Shown here piece after piece: positions 23,310-31,689 of a stretch of DNA of 48,083 nucleotides. Each line of letters starts with the position of its first letter. Position 1 is the stretch's first letter. Source of the DNA: a virus. Made by a program: the position numbers and the translations under genes. The notes under the pieces are model-generated. The model searched no databases, was not told the DNA's origin, and saw only the letters and a list, made by a program, of their open reading frames with translations. Location of the stretch: IMG/VR virus record IMGVR_UViG_3300005096_000100, positions 1 through 48,083 of that record. One strand, written 5' to 3'.

Positions 23310-25277
23310 ATGCCTAATATGAAGGATGAAGCACTCGCCTACGCGGCGAGGGGCTGGCCTATATTCCCCGCAAGGGCAAACAAGAAACCATATACCGACA
23401 GTGGTGTGTTAGACGCGACAACAAATAAAAAGCAAATAGCCGATTGGTGGACGCTGTGGCCACAGGCTAATATCGCCTTGGATGTTGGCGCGGCTGGTAT
23501 GGTAGTTTTAGACTTTGACCCTGGCTCCGAATGGGGCGAGGTAATTAAGAATGTCGGAAACTTACCTGACACTCATCTAATACAGAATACGCCTAGAGGT
23601 GGCGAACATCATTTCTATCGTAAAGATAGAGATGAAATAATACCACTATCCGCTGGCAAGATCGCAGACCACGTGGACATAAGATCGCACAACTCATACG
23701 TCCTTCTAGCACCTTCAAAAACAAAAGATGGCGTCTACACCTGGGAAGAAGAAGGGAAGCCAGCTTACCGCACTGATAGGTTGGTTGAGGTGGCCGGTAA
23801 AAAACGGGATGTAAGCGAAGACCGCGATGAGTGGATTATCGAACCTGACCTGCCTGAAAGTATAGCGGACTTAACCAAGTGGTTAAAAAAGAAAGCACAG
23901 ATCGCTGTCGATGGACGCAATGGCGATGAAATGGCTTATCGTACAGCGGCCATGTGCAAGTCTTACGGCGTATCACCTGAAACTGCTTTCGACCTTATGT
24001 GGGAGCACTGGAACCCCCGTTGCGATCCTCCCTGGTCTGACGAACAGATAGAACATTTAGAGCAGAAAATAGTCAATGGCTATACCTACAATACGAGCCC
24101 GCCCGGAAACCTGACTAAGGGCTACAAAGCCGCAAAGCGCAAGAAACTATTCAAACGGGTGAAGCAAGAAGCCGAAAGCGCTAAAGGCGACACGGCGCAA
24201 ATCACCGTTGGCCGGTTTCGTATTATCGACCGCGAAGGCATCAAAAATATAAAACCCCCGGAATGGTTGATTGAGGATGTCCTGCCCGAAGGCTCGTATT
24301 CAATGCTTATTGGCCCACGCTCCACTTACAAAACCTTTGTTGCCTTAGACATGGCCATGTCCATAGCTTGCGGCGGAGATAGGTACTACAGCGACGTGAA
24401 GGACTGGCGGGGCCTGTGGGGCTCGGTTAAGGACAAAGGCGCTGTACTGTACGCTGCGGGCGAAGGAAGGGGCGGTTTTAAGCACCGCATCGAAGCTTGG
24501 GAAAGCTACCACTTAGAAGGTGATGAAGTATCTAACTTCTTTTTAGCCGATCCCGTACCGCACCCGACCGAAGAAGACATTGAGGACTTCATAAATTACG
24601 CACTTTTGAAAGCCGACAAATATAAGCTTGTTGTTCTCGACACCGTGGCCCGGTCGATGCAGGGGTTAAATGAAAATAGCCAACAAGATGCGTCTGCTTT
24701 CACCTTACTAATCCAGACTATCCAGCAGGAACTTGGTTGTGCAGTCTTAACCGTTCACCATACAGGCCACGGGTCGGATGATAGAGCGCGTGGTAGTTCT
24801 GTATTCGGTGCGGACGTTGACACCGAATTTGTAATGGAGAAGCGCGATCCTCATTATGTACAGATATCGAATACCAAACAAAAAGACGCTTCCGAATGGG
24901 ACAAACCTAAACTAGTCCATGTCTTTGAACATAAACAAAGCTTAGTCGCATCGACACCACCGCGCAACACCAAAGCAACCGTACAGTCTATCGAAGATAA
25001 ACAACAATCGAAAGGTAAAAAGAAGCGCCGTAATAAGGTGGATAGCGAAGGGATTGACGAAATGATCCGCGATGTTGCTTATAGAGCTATAAAAAAGGTA
25101 CCAGTCAAGGATTGGTCACGCAGCCTATTATCGGCTGCAATTGCTAAGAATAAGATAATCAATTTAGCCGCATCCACCATAAGAACTAAACATATGGACT
25201 GTCTATTAATGGATAAAGACCACTTAATATGGGACTGTTATGATGAAAATAAAGGTGTTTGGCGTTATAATTCTTGA
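23310..25277 (+). CDS. Bifunctional primase-polymerase (prim-pol) fused to a RecA/DnaB-like (AAA_25-type) helicase domain
   Basis: The N-terminus AYAARGWPIFP...VLDFDP is typical of the prim-pol N-domain. The central part has GPRSTYKT (P-loop-like), LVVLDTVARS and VLTVHHTGHG..RARGSSVF. The track start at 23295 is TTG. Confidence 0.8.
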   Translation: MPNMKDEALAYAARGWPIFPARANKKPYTDSGVLDATTNKKQIADWWTLWPQANIALDVGAAGMVVLDFDPGSEWGEVIKNVGNLPDTHLIQNTPRGGEHHFYRKDRDEIIPLSAGKIADHVDIRSHNSYVLLAPSKTKDGVYTWEEEGKPAYRTDRLVEVAGKKRDVSEDRDEWIIEPDLPESIADLTKWLKKKAQIAVDGRNGDEMAYRTAAMCKSYGVSPETAFDLMWEHWNPRCDPPWSDEQIEHLEQKIVNGYTYNTSPPGNLTKGYKAAKRKKLFKRVKQEAESAKGDTAQITVGRFRIIDREGIKNIKPPEWLIEDVLPEGSYSMLIGPRSTYKTFVALDMAMSIACGGDRYYSDVKDWRGLWGSVKDKGAVLYAAGEGRGGFKHRIEAWESYHLEGDEVSNFFLADPVPHPTEEDIEDFINYALLKADKYKLVVLDTVARSMQGLNENSQQDASAFTLLIQTIQQELGCAVLTVHHTGHGSDDRARGSSVFGADVDTEFVMEKRDPHYVQISNTKQKDASEWDKPKLVHVFEHKQSLVASTPPRNTKATVQSIEDKQQSKGKKKRRNKVDSEGIDEMIRDVAYRAIKKVPVKDWSRSLLSAAIAKNKIINLAASTIRTKHMDCLLMDKDHLIWDCYDENKGVWRYNS

Positions 25278-25281
25278 TATT

Positions 25282-25462
25282 TAAGGCACAGCTAAAGCAC
25301 AGGTTTTTAGCACTTAAGGCACAGGTTAAGGCACAGGTCTTGGGCCATTTGGCATGTGCCTTAAGTTGAGCTTAACCTGTGCCTTAGATTAAGCTAAAGT
25401 GAGTTAAGTAGTTGATATTGTTACCTGTGCTTTAAAATATATAAGGCACAGCTAAAGCACAG
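25282..25462. repeat. Iteron cluster: ~10 copies of TAA(G/A)GCACAG in both orientations; candidate replication origin
   Basis: Direct copies at 25282, 25293, 25315, 25327, 25442 and 25453. Inverted copies at 25354 (1 mismatch), 25377 and 25425. The 21-mer TAAGGCACAGCTAAAGCACAG occurs twice (25282 and 25442). Confidence 0.6.
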
Positions 25463-25518
25463 AGAAGCATAAAAATTAGTGTGCTTGGGTTAAAGAGTAT
25501 GTAGTACTCTAACCAGCA

Positions 25519-25595
25519 CAAATAATGCAAGTGTTTATTTAAGGGTTTATTGTTGATTATTAGTCTTTTAAAAATGGTTAATTAAAATATGGTTT
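25519..25595. other. AT-rich segment adjacent to the iterons (possible unwinding element)
   Basis: Visibly AT-rich, non-coding stretch between the iterons and the palindrome copy at 25596. Confidence 0.4.
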
Positions 25596-25611
25596 GGTAT
25601 CACGTCATACC
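25596..25611. repeat. Palindrome, 1 mismatch (GGTATCACGTCATACC)
   Basis: At the edge of the AT-rich origin-like region. Confidence 0.85.
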
Positions 25612-25630
25612 ACTATTGAAAGGTTAAAGA

Positions 25631-25680
25631 AATGCTATGGAGTTTCGTACTCTACTTAAGAGAATGCTGCGGAGTTTCGT
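25631..25680. repeat. Direct repeat AATGCTNNGGAGTTTCGT x2
   Basis: Copies at 25631..25648 and 25663..25680, 32 bp apart. Confidence 0.7.
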
Positions 25681-25688
25681 TTTATGCT

Positions 25689-25725
25689 AAAGAAAATGCC
25701 CCCGCAATCATAAGACTGCGGAGGC
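25689..25725 (-). terminator. Rho-independent terminator ending the leftward small-gene cluster
   Basis: On the minus strand: GCCTCCGCA, a 10-nt loop, TGCGGGGGC, then ATTTTCTTT. It lies 38 nt after the stop at 25763. Confidence 0.55.
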
Positions 25726-25762
25726 ATGGCCCGGCTATTGCTTACCGGGAAGGAAGAGAAAC

Positions 25763-26020
25763 TTAATCCTTTCCGTCGGGCCAAGTAGGGAATGACATGC
25801 AGCGGTGCGTTCGCATGTCTAAGGTGCCGTCGATACGTGTTTTGAATAGGGTATTGTTGAGCCAGTCTAGGTCATCGACGAATTGTAGCTTGTATGGCTT
25901 GCCGTCTGGTCTGTTTATAGCGTACCAGCTAGGTATATGGTCACCAGTAAACCGATATACGTATGCCGCTAATACGTGGTCTTTGTCGGCTTGACATAGT
26001 TCGCTTCCATAACGTTCCAC
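25763..26020 (-). CDS. Hypothetical protein (85 aa)
   Basis: GTG at 26020 lies 4 nt after the upstream stop and has an AGAGGAG RBS. The longer track ORF overlaps the upstream gene. Confidence 0.45.
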   Translation of the reverse strand: MERYGSELCQADKDHVLAAYVYRFTGDHIPSWYAINRPDGKPYKLQFVDDLDWLNNTLFKTRIDGTLDMRTHRCMSFPTWPDGKD

Positions 26021-26024
26021 GGTT

Positions 26025-26216
26025 CTACTCCTCTTTGTAGCCGTCAAACCAAGCACCATTAGCGCGGCGCGTAATAGCCTTAGCACGGGCTGAATTGCTT
26101 GTGCTGGAACTATCAGGGTCTTGGCAGTGCGCTTGAGCCTCTTCTAAGGTTAAGCCGCGCTCTATGGTGCGGGTTGCGTGGTGTAGGTACATTCGTACGA
26201 TTTTATAGGTGGCCAT
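26025..26216 (-). CDS. Hypothetical small protein (63 aa)
   Basis: The pattern GLTLEEAQAHCQDPDSSS...GAWFDGY recalls a widespread small phage protein family of unknown function. Confidence 0.55.
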   Translation of the reverse strand: MATYKIVRMYLHHATRTIERGLTLEEAQAHCQDPDSSSTSNSARAKAITRRANGAWFDGYKEE

Positions 26217-26284
26217 GGTCTTGATCCTTCTATCGTTCTAAGGTGTTTACGAGCTAAACATAGGTTTAGCAGCTTCCAGGTATA

Positions 26285-26332
26285 CAAACGGTATCTTAAC
26301 AGCCCCTGGCATAGCGCCAAGGGCTGTACGGA
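26285..26332 (-). repeat. Conserved intercistronic hairpin element, copy A
   Basis: CAAACGGTATCTTAACAGCCCCTGGCA...CCAAGGGCTGTACGG. The 11-bp stem is ACAGCCC(C/T)TGG. Confidence 0.7.
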
Positions 26333-26350
26333 TATACTACGTGCTACCGT

Positions 26351-26854
26351 TTAGGTGCCGTGGTATACTGCGTGGTCGAAAGCGCAATGGATCGGAGTAA
26401 GGGCGAATATCTCGCCGTAACGGATGATAGACGCTTCAAGCTTCTTAGCTTGATCGATCCAGAAAGCTTGTCGCGTTCGCGCTCTGTCGGCTTTCACTAG
26501 CATGGCATCGCGACGCGCAATCATGTCCAGCTGATTGGCAACGTGCGCTTCATGATCGGTAGCGTCAACGTTAGGCACTTCATAAGTGTCTAGGCAATTA
26601 TACGCGCAAGCGTGGCGGACCATGCTTACGTGTTGTGTCGTGGGTACGCTGTAGGTCTGCGCTGTTAGAAGCATGATGCAGCGTGTTAATGAAGGGCATT
26701 CGCCTGGTAACTCTATGTTGATGCGCTTGGCAATCTTAAAGTGGTGGCCATGGCTGTAAATAGACTGCCCTTCGAAAAAGATATTGTAACCTCGCATTGA
26801 GTTGGCGGTTTTATTGACCCAAGCATTTACTACTTCTTTATGTGTCTTTGACAT
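26351..26854 (-). CDS. Hypothetical protein (167 aa)
   Basis: ORF whose start overlaps the stop of the upstream gene. Confidence 0.55.
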   Translation of the reverse strand: MSKTHKEVVNAWVNKTANSMRGYNIFFEGQSIYSHGHHFKIAKRINIELPGECPSLTRCIMLLTAQTYSVPTTQHVSMVRHACAYNCLDTYEVPNVDATDHEAHVANQLDMIARRDAMLVKADRARTRQAFWIDQAKKLEASIIRYGEIFALTPIHCAFDHAVYHGT

Positions 26855-27042
26855 TAGCTAAACCTTTCTTGGTTGTGCGCTTCACAAGCGCGGATTGCTT
26901 CACCTTGTGTCGAGTGACTTGACACGTATTCATCACAGAAACGGAACACTTGATGTTCTACCGTGTGCCCAGTCCATTCTAGGGATACGCGGTAGCGATA
27001 ATCGGGACAACCGTTAGCGTGCTTAATAGGGTAGATAGTCAT
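26854..27042 (-). CDS. Hypothetical small protein (62 aa)
   Basis: ORF preceded by a GAAAGGAATG RBS-like sequence. Confidence 0.5.
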   Translation of the reverse strand: MTIYPIKHANGCPDYRYRVSLEWTGHTVEHQVFRFCDEYVSSHSTQGEAIRACEAHNQERFS

Positions 27043-27073
27043 GGCTTCATTCCTTTCTATGGTGGTTGGTACT

Positions 27074-27138
27074 CAAACGATATCTTAACAGCCCCTAGCA
27101 CGTCGATAAAGCTATAGAAGCTGCCAAGGGCTGTACGG
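27074..27138 (-). repeat. Conserved intercistronic hairpin element, copy B
   Basis: CAAACGATATCTTAACAGCCCCTAGCA...CCAAGGGCTGTACGG. Same arms as copy A, with a longer loop. Confidence 0.7.
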
Positions 27139-27145
27139 CTATCGT

Positions 27146-27361
27146 CTAGCAGGGAAGGAATTGCTTAGCGCGGTTCACTGATAATAGATGCATTTGCCCG
27201 TGTTCGTTGGTTTCAAGTATCCCAAGGTTGGCGGTCGCACACACTAGCGCGACGGTCTCTTTGTTGTCATGGAATGAGTGCCAATCGTTAGGGTGCTTAA
27301 CCAAGAATTTGATAAGCTTGATTTGTTGCGCGTGGTTGGAAGCTTTGGCGGCGTAGGTCAT
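27146..27361 (-). CDS. Hypothetical small protein (71 aa)
   Basis: ATGA overlap with the upstream stop at 27358-27361. Confidence 0.5.
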   Translation of the reverse strand: MTYAAKASNHAQQIKLIKFLVKHPNDWHSFHDNKETVALVCATANLGILETNEHGQMHLLSVNRAKQFLPC

Positions 27362-27786
27362 ATCGCCACCCAATCGTATGCGCCGTTAGCGCGGCGATGA
27401 CTGGTCATGGTGCGAGCAACGGGTCGTATACGCTCGTAGTCGTTCAACCTTACCATGGCGCTAAATATTTGTGATTGGCTAGAACGTCCATGGTATTTAT
27501 GCGTTCTGACATGCCTGTATATCGCTTTAGCTGTTACGCCTTCGTTAAGGCGCTTACGACGCACGAAAGCTAAGACGATATCGTCTAGCGTGACGTTTAA
27601 TTCGCTAACGATTAAGTCAATTTCGCTTTGTACGCCGCTGCAAGCGATGACTTTGTAGATGTCATTCGAATAGGTGTCTTCAATTTCTTGCATGACGATT
27701 GCGCGGTCGTAGTCACCAAAGGCGATGGACCATGGGCTGGTCTCGGTGTCTTTGGTTAGCAGGGTGAAATAGCGTGGATAAGTCAT
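27358..27786 (-). CDS. Hypothetical protein (142 aa)
   Basis: 4-nt overlap with the upstream gene. Confidence 0.55.
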   Translation of the reverse strand: MTYPRYFTLLTKDTETSPWSIAFGDYDRAIVMQEIEDTYSNDIYKVIACSGVQSEIDLIVSELNVTLDDIVLAFVRRKRLNEGVTAKAIYRHVRTHKYHGRSSQSQIFSAMVRLNDYERIRPVARTMTSHRRANGAYDWVAI

Positions 27787-28004
27787 GACGCTTCACTCCC
27801 TTGGGCATCGGCGTAGAGCGCCAGCGCGTAGAATTCGGCGGCTTCAAGCGTATGCCAGCCGTTGTTATGCGCTCCGTCCATATGAACGGTCCAGGGCTTA
27901 AAGTTTTCGTTGGAATTGCGTTTTATCATAGCGACGACAATGCTGTCGCGGTCAGACAATTCAACGCCTTGTGTAGTTGGGCGGATGTTTAATTGAGTGA
28001 GCAT
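27783..28004 (-). CDS. Hypothetical small protein (73 aa; could extend to 28283)
   Basis: ATG at 28004 has an AAGGG RBS. The 93-aa N-terminal extension in the track ORF has no RBS and a low-quality composition. Confidence 0.4.
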   Translation of the reverse strand: MLTQLNIRPTTQGVELSDRDSIVVAMIKRNSNENFKPWTVHMDGAHNNGWHTLEAAEFYALALYADAQGSEAS

Positions 28005-28336
28005 GACGTTTACCCTTTCATTTGATATCCAGTGGTAACGTTCCGTTCTTAGCACGAGCATCGCACCAAGGCAACCGGTAAATAATGCGCGGCTGATATG
28101 GTGGCGATTGCTCGCTGAAGCTTTAGCCGATTCGCTACGGTTATTCCTTGGTTTGTCTAAGGCATAGCTAGGGATAATCGCGGCGCTAGATTGCTTTGGA
28201 TATAGCTGGGACAGAGTTAGTGCGGTGTTAGGGAGAATTTGATTGCGGTCGATATCTAAGGTGCCAAACCTAAATCCACACACTCATTTGCCGCCAAAGA
28301 CTGCGAGCTTCGACATTGCATTGCGTTAGTTAGGTG

Positions 28337-28369
28337 GTCGCTTAGCCGTCGCTTAGCCGTCGCTTATTC
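28337..28369. repeat. Three tandem 11-bp repeats (GTCGCTTAGCC x2, GTCGCTTATTC)
   Basis: Read directly. The period is about one helical turn. The region is non-coding. Confidence 0.8.
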
Positions 28370-28418
28370 TAGCTGGGCAGTGAGCCATGACGCATCAACG
28401 TACGTCCCAACTAGCCGA

Positions 28419-28434
28419 GGTATCACGTGATACC
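28419..28434. repeat. Palindrome, perfect
   Basis: In the divergent control region 28284..28897. Confidence 0.95.
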
Positions 28435-28648
28435 AATGCAGTTAGTAGCGGCCAGAGATTTCTCGCGAGCTTATTCTCTTTGAATTGGGTGGGGGGCCTT
28501 TACAGACATCGACTTCGGGGGTTCGTGGGGTCGCCTCGATTACGCACATCCTAGATCGCCAAGCCAGTTTTTGAAAAGTTAGCGATTAAATTTGAAAATC
28601 TAGACACCCGCCCCACTAAACCAAGGATAACCAACGCGATCAAAGGTA

Positions 28649-28677
28649 TTGACGAAGCTACTCCTAATATTTACTAT
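28649..28677 (+). promoter_or_regulatory. Promoter candidate TTGACG-17-TACTAT for the structural block
   Basis: Hexamers read directly. It would give a ~210-nt leader before the small terminase gene. Confidence 0.45.
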
Positions 28678-28897
28678 GCCAACTAGTGACGGACCTACGG
28701 CAAGCCGTTGCGAGGCTACACAAGGTACTGGACCTCCCCTCGACTGGTACCGTGGAGGTAGTCGCAGCGCTTAGCTTAGACGGGATGTGGTGTCTCTTGA
28801 CTAGGCTGGTGGAGGGCGGCGTTAGAAATAAAATAGCCCTCCACATTGAACGTAGAACATATTGTAGAGTTAGAAAATAAACGATAGGAGCTAAGCG

Positions 28898-29635
28898 GTG
28901 GCCAAGCGAGGAAGCAGACGAAAGAACGGCACTTTCATAGGGGCCGGTAACGGCATGGAGATGACGGAGAGAGAACGTCGTCTACTTAGTGCGCGTAATA
29001 CAGGACGGACACTGATAATAAAACGTCGGAAAGGCCGTCCCCAGAAAACCTACGGAAGTATGTTGAAGCAAAGTCACTTCAGGGCGGTGGAGTATTACAT
29101 ACAGGGGATGACTCAACAGCAGGCGCTCTTAAAAGCAGGCTATAGCGCTAGTGTCGCCGAGAAAGCTTCATGGACTGTCTTCGGCAGGGAGGATGTGCGT
29201 AGAGCTATTGAAGAACGGCGGAACAGTATACAGCGCCACGGTAAAGATATCGTGGCACGTATTCAGGAAGAGTTGGCGAGGATAGCTTTCTTCAATATTG
29301 GAAACATATTAAACATAACCGACGATGGAGAGTTCATATATGATTTTAGTGAAGCGACGATGGATGAGTTCGCGGCGCTAGGTGAAGTGACGGTAGAGAC
29401 TTACATGGAGGGAAAGGGGAAGGATGCAGAGCGGGTTAAGCGGGTAAAGATCAAACCGCATGATAAGAAGGCTGCGTTGGACAGCTTAGCCAGGATCAAC
29501 GGGATGTTCCAAGATAATTTGAATATCAATCCAGAAGGCGGGAGCATCGAAGAGCGGCTGATGGCTGGCCGGAACCGTGTCAAGAAGATAGAGGCTCCAA
29601 CAATCGAAGCTGAATTTGAAGAGGTGGAAAAATGA
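28898..29635 (+). CDS. Terminase small subunit
   Basis: GTG start with a TAGGAG RBS. The segment FRAVEYYIQGMTQQQALLKAGYSASVAEKASWTVFGREDVRRAIEER is typical of the Terminase_2-type small subunit. It lies directly upstream of the large subunit. Confidence 0.75.
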   Translation: MAKRGSRRKNGTFIGAGNGMEMTERERRLLSARNTGRTLIIKRRKGRPQKTYGSMLKQSHFRAVEYYIQGMTQQQALLKAGYSASVAEKASWTVFGREDVRRAIEERRNSIQRHGKDIVARIQEELARIAFFNIGNILNITDDGEFIYDFSEATMDEFAALGEVTVETYMEGKGKDAERVKRVKIKPHDKKAALDSLARINGMFQDNLNINPEGGSIEERLMAGRNRVKKIEAPTIEAEFEEVEK

Positions 29636-29680
29636 CCGACCGTCGGTTAGAAAAACAGTACGGAGAAAGAATAGTACTTC

Positions 29681-31411
29681 ATGCCTGAAAACAAAGATCT
29701 AGAGATAGAAGGCAAACTAGCGGACGCTATATCGGAGTTCTATGCGGACCCGTTAGGCTATGTCCTGTTTGCGTTCCCTTGGGACAGCGACCCAGCATTG
29801 CAAGTGGTGGATTGGGAAAGCGAAGACATCTTTGTCGATCCCGACACCGGAATGATGTATGACCTAAAACCAAACAGCATAGACACCATAACGTACAAAG
29901 AATGGATGACGGAATACCGGGAGCGGTTTAACTGTCGATATGGGCCGGATAAGTGGGCGTGCGAGTTTCTCGATGAGTTAGGTGAGGAAGTAAAGCTGCG
30001 AGGGTTTCGCGGCGGTAAAGCAGTTCGGCCTATACAGTGTGCTACATCTTCGGGACATGGGATCGGAAAGTCCACACTGGTGGCCTGGATCGTTAAATGG
30101 ATTATGGACACACGGCCCTACAGTAGGGGGACGGTGACGGCGAACACAGTTGAACAGCTTAGGACTAAAACTTGGGCGGAACTTGGGAAGTGGCACAAGC
30201 GATCCATAACGGCGCACTGGTTCCAATATACCAATGGCCGGGGAAACATGAGCTTCAAACACGTAGTCAGAGGGGAAGAATGGTACTGTACAGGGCAGAC
30301 GTGCCGTGAAGAGAATTCTGAAAGCTTCGCTGGGCAGCATTCCGCTAATGCAACATCCTTCTACATATTCGACGAAGCCAGTGCAGTGCCCGACAGTATC
30401 TATGAAGTGCGGGAGGGGGGAACGACAGATGGCGAACCTATGGTTTTTGACTTCGGAAACCCGACTAGAAATAGCGGGCGCTTCCACAAAGAATGTGAGG
30501 GCGATCTACGCAAGCGATACATAGTACGAAAGATTGACAGTCGCACGGTCGCGATCACGAATAAAGAGCGCATAAAAGAGTGGATCGAAGATTATGGCAT
30601 CGACAGTGACTTCGTAAAAGTACGGGTACTTGGTGAGTTCCCGTCGTCAGGGTCCCTTCAGTTCATGCCTGCATCTTGGGTACAGCGAGCCATGATGCGG
30701 CCAACGGTTAATGATAGGCATGCAGCGGTAACAATAGGTGTCGATGTGGCGAGGTTTGGCGTAGACAATAGCGTCATCTACCCTGTTGTAGGCCACGATG
30801 CTAGGACGTTCGCGCCGGTACTAGGAGACGGCATATACAATGGGCTGGATAACGTACAACTGGCGATGAAGGTGATTGAGAAAGTAGAGTTCTTCCGAAG
30901 CCTTGGGGTAGAAGTGTCGGCTGTGTTTGTCGATGTTGGCGGCACAGGGTCCGGTGTGGTGGATACTTTGAACCATTCAGGGTACCCGTGCATCGCCGTG
31001 AATTTCGGGACCACGCCAGTATTTGAGCCGGAAGTCTACCGATACCGGGGTGATGAAATGTGGGGCAGATGTAAGGAAGCAATTAAAACTAGCTTGATAT
31101 TACCAACACTGCCGGAGTTGGAAATAGCTACGGATGAGGGCATCGCCCGTATCCAACGTGAGACAGCTTCGAAGCTATTCTCCGACTTGACACAGCGAGA
31201 ATTCGGATATACTCTCGCCGGTGAAAAAATACATCTCGAAACGAAGAAAGATATGAAAGCTCGCGGTTTGAATTCTCCCGACATTGCTGACGGTCTAGTG
31301 TTGAATTTTGCGCAAGATGTAGCTCGGGTGGAAATGCCTCAAGGGTCGCAAGGTCAAGGCCACATGAGTGAGCATGATTTCGATCCTTTAGAGAGTGTTA
31401 ACGTAGCGTGA
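29681..31411 (+). CDS. Terminase large subunit
   Basis: Walker A SSGHGIGKST, Walker B FYIFDEAS, and a C-terminal nuclease-like region (GVDVARFG...). Confidence 0.85.
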   Translation: MPENKDLEIEGKLADAISEFYADPLGYVLFAFPWDSDPALQVVDWESEDIFVDPDTGMMYDLKPNSIDTITYKEWMTEYRERFNCRYGPDKWACEFLDELGEEVKLRGFRGGKAVRPIQCATSSGHGIGKSTLVAWIVKWIMDTRPYSRGTVTANTVEQLRTKTWAELGKWHKRSITAHWFQYTNGRGNMSFKHVVRGEEWYCTGQTCREENSESFAGQHSANATSFYIFDEASAVPDSIYEVREGGTTDGEPMVFDFGNPTRNSGRFHKECEGDLRKRYIVRKIDSRTVAITNKERIKEWIEDYGIDSDFVKVRVLGEFPSSGSLQFMPASWVQRAMMRPTVNDRHAAVTIGVDVARFGVDNSVIYPVVGHDARTFAPVLGDGIYNGLDNVQLAMKVIEKVEFFRSLGVEVSAVFVDVGGTGSGVVDTLNHSGYPCIAVNFGTTPVFEPEVYRYRGDEMWGRCKEAIKTSLILPTLPELEIATDEGIARIQRETASKLFSDLTQREFGYTLAGEKIHLETKKDMKARGLNSPDIADGLVLNFAQDVARVEMPQGSQGQGHMSEHDFDPLESVNVA

Positions 31412-31412
31412 T

Positions 31413-31643
31413 TTGAAAAGGATATACGATATGTGTCTTAGTTCTCCTTCCGCTCCCGCACCTCCGCCTCCGCCTCCGCCTCCGCTCGCACCCCCGAAGC
31501 GCGTTAACGAAAGTGTTAAGAAAGCCAAGGTCACTGCTAGGCAGACCGCAGCTTTGGCGCAGGGTAGGGACGGAACCATAGGCGTCGGCGCTCTCACCCT
31601 CGATCCTAAGAACCAACCTCGGAAGACACTGCTCGGCGGGTAG
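31413..31643 (+). CDS. Small Pro-rich protein (76 aa; possible start at 31431, MCLSS...)
   Basis: A PAPPPPPPPPLAPP tract followed by a basic region and C-terminal TLLGG. It lies between terminase and portal. Confidence 0.45.
   Translation: MKRIYDMCLSSPSAPAPPPPPPPPLAPPKRVNESVKKAKVTARQTAALAQGRDGTIGVGALTLDPKNQPRKTLLGG
31461..31484. repeat. (CCTCCG)4 microsatellite
   Basis: Encodes the poly-Pro tract of 31413..31643. Confidence 0.9.
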
Positions 31644-31657
31644 CGGCACGACTATAC

Positions 31658-31673
31658 GGTATCACGTGATACC
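31658..31673. repeat. Palindrome, perfect
   Basis: Intergenic, 17 nt upstream of the portal ATG. Confidence 0.95.
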
Positions 31674-31689
31674 TTACTAGGAGCGACTA

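Noticed and set aside
28005-28283. N-terminal 93-aa extension of ORF 27783..28283.
   Set aside because: It has no RBS at 28283, whereas an internal ATG at 28004 has a good RBS. I kept it only as an alternative.
28686-28880. 64-aa GTG-initiated ORF in the leader upstream of the small terminase gene.
   Set aside because: It has no RBS, and the GTG falls at the predicted transcription start. The composition is unremarkable. I treated it as part of a structured leader.
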